Of a DNA stretch of 64,000 nucleotides, positions 56,755 to 64,000 are shown piece after piece (position 1 is the stretch's first letter; each line of letters opens with the position of its first letter). The position numbers and the translations under genes are program-made. The notes under the pieces were generated by a model, which did not search any database, was not told where the DNA came from, and was given only the letters and a program-made list of their open reading frames with translations. This DNA is from Octopus vulgaris (Eukaryota), in assembly GCA_951406725.2 (NCBI GenBank), contig OX597825.1, positions 15,252,001 through 15,316,000 on the forward strand. Reading direction: 5' to 3'.

Positions 56755-57830
56755 CGCTCTAGAAAACGGACATCACTCAAAATTATGAACGGAGAAATGG
56801 AATAAATGGAATTAAAAATTATATTCACTTGGTAAAACGAACACTACTTAAAAATTATGAATGAAACAATGCAATAAAACAACAGACATCGCAAATAGAC
56901 ACAAATTACTACGAATTCCTTAACAAACCCACCATGATAAACCAAAACTCATAAAAACATATAATGATAAAATCTCCCTTTACTAAACTCTATCACATAC
57001 CTATATAGCAATCCCCCTAACCTAAACATTCACACACAAATACACACACGTAAACCACACACCCACGACATATACAAATACCCACACCACTTACACATAC
57101 CAATACATACATATAAACCTCAACATATACTCCAAAAACCCACTCAACCCCACACAGACAAAAAAACACAAAAATTATGAATGGATTCTTTTATAAAACT
57201 ACCATGATAATCTAAAACTCACAAAACAGAAATGATAAAACCTCCCTTTACTAAACACTATAACATACTTATATAGCAATCCCTTTAACCTATACATTCA
57301 CACACAAATACACACACATAAACCACACACCCATAACAAATACAAACACCCACCCCACTCACACACACCCACAAGTACATATAAGCCTCAACATATACAC
57401 CAAACAAAATTACTTTACCAAGGAACTTAACATATGTATAAAAAGTATAACCGCTCTGGAAACGAACATCTCTAAATTAATGAATGGAGAAATGGAATAA
57501 ATGGAATTAAAAATAATATTCACGTGGCAAAACGAACACCACTCAAAAATTATGAATGAAACAATGTAATAAAACAACCAACATCGAAAATAGACAAATT
57601 ACCACGAATTCCCTAAAAAAACCATGATAAACCAAAACTCTTAAAAACATATAACGATAAAATCTCCCTTTGCTAAACTCTATAACAAACCTATATAGCA
57701 ATCCCCCTAACCTAAACATTCACACACAAATACACACACATAAACCTCAGACCCACGACTTATACACATACCTATACTAACTTATAAACCTCAATATACA
57801 CCAAAACCCACTCCCTCCCCACACAGACAA
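56755..57830. repeat. Internal direct repeats (about 700-bp period with nested sub-repeats)
   Basis: GGAGAAATGGAATAAATGGAATTAAAAA at 56791 and 57486; CTCCCTTT...TATATAGCAATCCC three times (about 56975, 57242, 57665). Confidence 0.9.
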
Positions 57831-59691
57831 ATTAACACATACATCCCAAAACCTAAATAACAAACCCATATACACATTCACACACAAACACACACACACG
57901 CAAAACACACACACACAACAGATACATATACTCCCTCACATATACGCATATACATACTCACTAAACTCGATATATACAACAATATTTACACAACCACACT
58001 CATACAGATAAATAAATTATACAACTAAAAACTCACACACAATCTCATATACATAAACACTCCTATGAAAACAACATTAAATACATCGTAATTAACCAGA
58101 ATATCAAAAATAACAATATGACATAAGGATAAATAAAATACATACTTACAAGTCAGTTTCAAATTATGAAGTGAAATTAAATTCTTAGCCGTTAAAAAAA
58201 TCAAACCAAAATTACGTTACCATAGAAATAACTTATGTTAAAAAAAGAATACATACAAACATACAATACATACAAACATACAAAACTCAATAAAAACACC
58301 ACTAAATAACACCCATCAACATATAAATATATCCTCCAAAATACATATAACAAATGCATAATAAAAATACATAATAAAATAAAATAAAAATAAAAAAATA
58401 AAAAAATAAAAAAATATATAAATAAAGAAATAATTTAAATGACGTTTACTTTCCATGGCGCGTATTCTTTTTTTAACATAAGTTATTTCTATGGTAACGT
58501 AATTTTGGTTTGATTTTTTTAACGGCTAAGAATTTAATTTAGAGATGTTCGTTTCCAGAGCGGTTATACTTTTTATACATATGTTAAGTTCCTTGGTAAA
58601 GTAATTTTGTTTGGTGTATATGTTGAGGCTTATATGTACTTGTGGGTGTGTGTGAGTGGGGTGGGTGTTTGTATTTGTTATGGGTGTGTGGTTTATGTGT
58701 GTGTATTTGTGTGTGAATGTATAGGTTAAAGGGATTGCTATATAAGTATGTTATAGTGTTTAGTAAAGGGAGGTTTTATCATTTCTGTTTTGTGAGTTTT
58801 AGATTATCATGGTAGTTTTATAAAAGAATCCATTCATAATTTTTGTGTTTTTTTGTCTGTGTGGGGTTGAGTGGGTTTTTGGAGTATATGTTGAGGTTTA
58901 TATGTATGTATTGGTATGTGTAAGTGGTGTGGGTATTTGTATATGTCGTGGGTGTGTGGTTTACGTGTGTGTATTTGTGTGTGAATGTTTAGGTTAGGGG
59001 GATTGCTATATAGGTATGTGATAGAGTTTAGTAAAGGGAGATTTTATCATTATATGTTTTTATGAGTTTTGGTTTATCATGGTGGGTTTGTTAAGGAATT
59101 CGTAGTAATTTGTGTCTATTTGCGATGTCTGTTGTTTTATTGCATTGTTTCATTCATAATTTTTAAGTAGTGTTCGTTTTACCAAGTGAATATAATTTTT
59201 AATTCCATTTATTCCATTTCTCCGTTCATAATTTTTGAGTGATGTCCGTTTTCTAGAGCGTGAATGTGGGTTGTATGTGTGTGTGTGTGGGAGTATGAAT
59301 AAGTATTGTGTTGAAGTATTTAGCTATTTTATTTATTTATAGTTGCCTAGACGTTTTTATGTGTATGTATAGGGATATATATATAGGTGTGTGATTTAGT
59401 GTATGTAGTTAGATATGGTTATATATAATTAGGTATATGTGTATGGGTGTATATATAGTTTATTATTATATTATTATTATTTTTTTGTTTTGTTTTATAT
59501 TTTATATTTTATATTTTATATTTAATTGTTGATAGGTTTATTTTAGTTTATATATTGTTTATATATTGATTATATATGGATTATATATAGGTTATATATG
59601 GATTATATATTTATATTTTTTCATTCATACTTTAATTATTTTAAAATTATTATTTTTATATTTTAAAATATTGATATTTTAGATTGGAAGT

Positions 59692-59734
59692 CCACCTGAA
59701 GATTGTCGATCAAGACAAGAAACGATTGTAGTGG
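59692..59734 (+). ncRNA. Minimal type-I hammerhead ribozyme
   Basis: CCAC-CTGAAGA-TTGTC gatcaa GACAA-GAAAC gatt GTA-GTGG; intact core; predicted cleavage after 59730 (GUA). Confidence 0.8.
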
Positions 59735-59821
59735 CGGTTTTTTTGACTATTTATTAAAATTTTATGTATTGATTAAGTCTTTCCTTGTTTGTTTTGCAAA
59801 ATAGTGGTTTTGTCTCTAATA

Positions 59822-59877
<56 letters not shown>

Positions 59878-59917
59878 CATCTTCCTAACTCTATTGTCCT
59901 ACTACCTTTGTCCAGCC

Positions 59918-60115
59918 AGTCGCCATGATTGACCGCTAACTCCAAAAGATTTTATTAATTCTCTTCCTGTTTAATCCCCTGCATTCCTTGCTGTTTAAGA
60001 GCGTAGGATCGAAATGTAAAATGGTTTCTCACATTCCCGACCGTCAAACTAAAACACCTGCGTGTTGTTTATACACCTTTCTTCGTCTTTCGTTTTTCTG
60101 TAAATTTCAACTATT
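59918..60115 (+). mobile_element. Diverged copy of the 27997 PLE-like tail element
   Basis: GTCGCCATGAT start; AGAGCGTAGGATCGAAATGTAAAA; TCTTCGTCTTT. Confidence 0.6.
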
Positions 60116-60232
60116 TATGTGTGTATATATATATATACAAGGACACACTTAATTTCATTCAGAGAAAAAAGTTCCTGATAACCATCACGCCCACTACATA
60201 GAACGTTGGTATTTGTCTCCATCATGGTGGAG

Positions 60233-60310
<78 letters not shown>

Positions 60311-61009
60311 TGCCTTTTTTCTACTTAGACATGAACTGTGATAGTTTTCATCCTATTACAAATTTCTTATTGTACTTAGGGCAATTATTTTTATAAGTAT
60401 ATTTTTCATGCGTTAATAGTCGTAAGCTTTGAAAACGTAAGCACGTGTAATGTAGTACACATGTTATAAGTTATGTGTTATATATTATATGTTACCGTAT
60501 GTTGTAAGTACAATGATTCTCAATAAAATGCTCCCCAGCACTTCGATATATATATATGATGCATTTATAACGAGAGTGAGATATCATAATGTATAGGATA
60601 TAATTTATGTGAAGTATCAAGTATAAGGAATTAAATCTCTGAGATAATTGAAGATAAACAATATCGAACTTTCTGGGGCATAAGTAAATATGTTTTGAAC
60701 AATGAATTGGACAATTTGTTGATGTTGTAACGGACTATTTTGCTACAAGTATTACAGAAAACCTTAATCACTTTGTGTAGAACAGTTATATTAGAATGTA
60801 GTAATAAAGATATTCGCCAAACAAAATTCATACACAAATTCACAGACACAGCCATACAGCATACAGGCACACGCTCATAAACATACACATCCATACACTC
60901 TACATACACTCTCATATACATATATGCCCGTACAGTATACATATACGCCTATACACAGGCACACACAAACCCACACAAGCATACACATAGCAATCTAGCT
61001 AGGAGGGTA

Positions 61010-61515
<506 letters not shown>

Positions 61516-62173
61516 TCAAAATTGAGAGAAAGTATAAAGAAGTAGTACAGTGGAGCATCGAGCGTCCAACATTTCCAACAAATTCATTTCTATGGTTTAA
61601 GATGGCAGGGACCCAAATTGAAAGACAGATGTATTTTGCATTCTGTATGTTTGATCAACTGGCAGACGCTCGGAGGGAAAGGAAATCAATTTGACAAGGC
61701 ATAAGTATCAGGAGAGAAAATCTACTGACAGAAAAAGAAATGAAGAAGAATTTTAAAAAAGAGAGTCTTCTTAAAATAAAGTGGGGGGAAAGTAATGAGA
61801 GCATTAAAAGATGACGCCAAGATTACTTTCTTCGGAAGAATTAAAGCTAGAATGAAAGACGTTTATTTAAGCCAAACGGTGCCACGATTCTATATTTCCA
61901 TATGGAACATTATTCTTACTGACTTCTTGAGTGTGTAGATCCATTGAAAGCAGATGTGCTAGTCACTGACAGGTAGGTAATAGAATTATTACGGAAAACA
62001 AAGTCGTTGGCCTAGTATATGTCCTAGAATACTATGTATATGTTCGCAAAACATGTCAATGATGCGATGACACTCTCCCCCAATATAAAGGACACCATAA
62101 ATTCTATAACTACAAATGATGCACTATACGCTATTAATAGATATGTAGCAAAAAACACTTTGTCCGATGTGAT

Positions 62174-62392
62174 TACAAGGGGATATTGAAAGTCTCTGGT
62201 TTTGGGTAAAATAATATACAGGCGGATTAGTTCATTACGATTTTATTGAACGTATTTCTCTCTCTCAGACTCACACATATACAGCGGTTCTTCAGATTTC
62301 CTAAGTCCTTTAAAAGAACTCTGTGTTTTTGGCTTCCGGCCTAGGCTTTCACGATACCCATACAACCGGTATCTTTTCAGTGCCCCGTCGTA
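62174..62392 (-). mobile_element. Third, degenerate copy of the mariner-derived MITE
   Basis: Reverse complement aligns with 26600 and 27122 (GGGGCACTGAAAAGATACCGG...CTTAGGAAATCTGAAG...GTGTGAGTCTGAGAG). Confidence 0.65.
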
Positions 62393-63167
62393 TATGAATA
62401 ACGGGCGGTAATAATCGTGGTGTTGATGATGTAAACATAGGTACTACATTACCGTGGAAGGCACTAACCTGTACCTGGTCCCGTGTGGCTGGGTACCATT
62501 AAAATTGCAAGAGTTTTACAGGCTTCCCACTTTGTTGAGGCATAAATGTCAGCATGGTTGTGTGGCGAGCGAATAGAATTTGGATGTTACGGATGAGTAT
62601 GCTCTTCAATAGAAGAATAGATGCATAGAATGTAAACAAAATTGTATTATTTTATATTTAGTATTTTAGACAATAATTTGCGATATATTTCTGTTCATAT
62701 GAGTACTTTCTAGCTTTGTAATGCTAGCAAAGTTTTTTTCCGGAACTTGCGAGGAGGATTGAACAAACTGTTTTCATTATGGTTTGCCAAATTATAGAAT
62801 TGCTCCGATGAATTTTTGGCGTTAATCACAAGAAAACAATGTCATTATTGATAAACTATTTTCAAAGTGTTATGTGTCGCTTATGGCTCCAGTGCAAAAG
62901 GAATCATGCTTGATTCTTCAGCAAAACTCTTTACATCTCCTGGGTGGTAAAACAAATTAATTAATACCTTGTAGAATATATATATATATACATCCAATAT
63001 TTCGAATATAGTCCTGTGAGAAAAGTTCCATCATCGATAATATTTGTGAAGAAAAATACGAAAACACAACATCTAGGTGTACATGGACCAGTTAATGCAA
63101 TATATACGTCTACACATATATATTGCATTCAACGCTGTTTCGTGCGGTCCCAGTGTTTTTGTTTTAA

Positions 63168-63313
63168 TAGCTTGCTTACGAACCACATGGTTCTGGGTTC
63201 AGTCCCACTGCGTGGCACCTTAGATAAGTCTCTTCTACTATAGCCTCGGGCTGACCAAAGACTTGTAAGTGGATTTGGTAGACGGAAACTGAAAGAAGCC
63301 CGTCGTATATATG

Positions 63314-63344
<31 letters not shown>

Positions 63345-63583
63345 GTGTGTGTGTGTGTGTGTGTTTGTGTGTCTGTGTTTGTCCCTCCAACATCGCTTGA
63401 CAACCGATGCTGGTGTGTTTACATCCCCGTAATTTAACGGTTCGGCAAAAGAGAAACCGATAAATTAAGTACTAAGCTTACAAAGAATAAGTCCTGGTGT
63501 CGATTTGTTCGACTAAAGTCGGTGCTCCAACATGGCTGGCCGCAGTCAAATGACTGAAACAAGTAAAAAGGGTAAAAAGAGTA
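63168..63583 (+). mobile_element. Family B SINE (slightly 5'-truncated)
   Basis: Aligns with 42503-42904. Confidence 0.92.
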
Positions 63584-64000
63584 TCAGTAATTTTATAGTC
63601 TTGTAAATAAGAACACCCCTTATTATAGGGCTGTAAACGACTGAATCAATATTCATCGCTGATGAAGTGTAACCACACACAACTCACGCATCCTAAGAAT
63701 CGATGATGTTATTCATAGAGCAATTATGCGTCTTCCCATTTATTCTCGATGGCGAAAATTTTCCTCAAGAGACGATAACAGCAGTGAAAATTTTTACCAC
63801 GTTCGAATGCGCAAAAACGTGTTAAATATGATTGCATTCATATATACTTCATTCAACGCTAATTCGTTCGTCTCCACTTAGTGTTGCATTACATTTCATT
63901 ATCCTTTCTATATGTATAAATCAATCAATTATTATAACTAATAATTACGTGATAGATTTAATTTAATTTAATTTAATATCTTTGATCTTTTATTAATCTT

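Noticed and set aside
63652-63710. Hammerhead (CTGATGA followed by GTGT/ACAC stem)
   Set aside because: No GAAA after stem II

Overview
AT-rich, microsatellite-saturated non-coding animal DNA. The repeat families match my recollection of octopus (coleoid cephalopod) repeats; this was not database-checked. No host protein-coding exon is supportable, and nearly all listed ORFs are translated microsatellites. The window holds about 25 tRNA-derived SINE copies from at least 4 families, mariner deletion derivatives and MITEs, RTE and R4/Dong LINE 3' ends, and Helitron remnants. The most notable signal is a set of non-coding, Penelope-like (PLE) elements, mostly adjoining (TA)n tracts, that carry minimal type-I hammerhead ribozyme (HHR) folds from at least four distinct families. 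These include (1) a young 3.7-kb head-to-head inverted element with an intact HHR in each arm (56104-59830), (2) an element combining a tRNA head, a microsatellite and an HHR, which appears to have about 75-bp inverted termini and its own TATA box (36235-36729, 26028-26196), and (3) an HHR fold with a compensatory G3-C8 core swap (43706-43756). All folds and alignments were made by eye.
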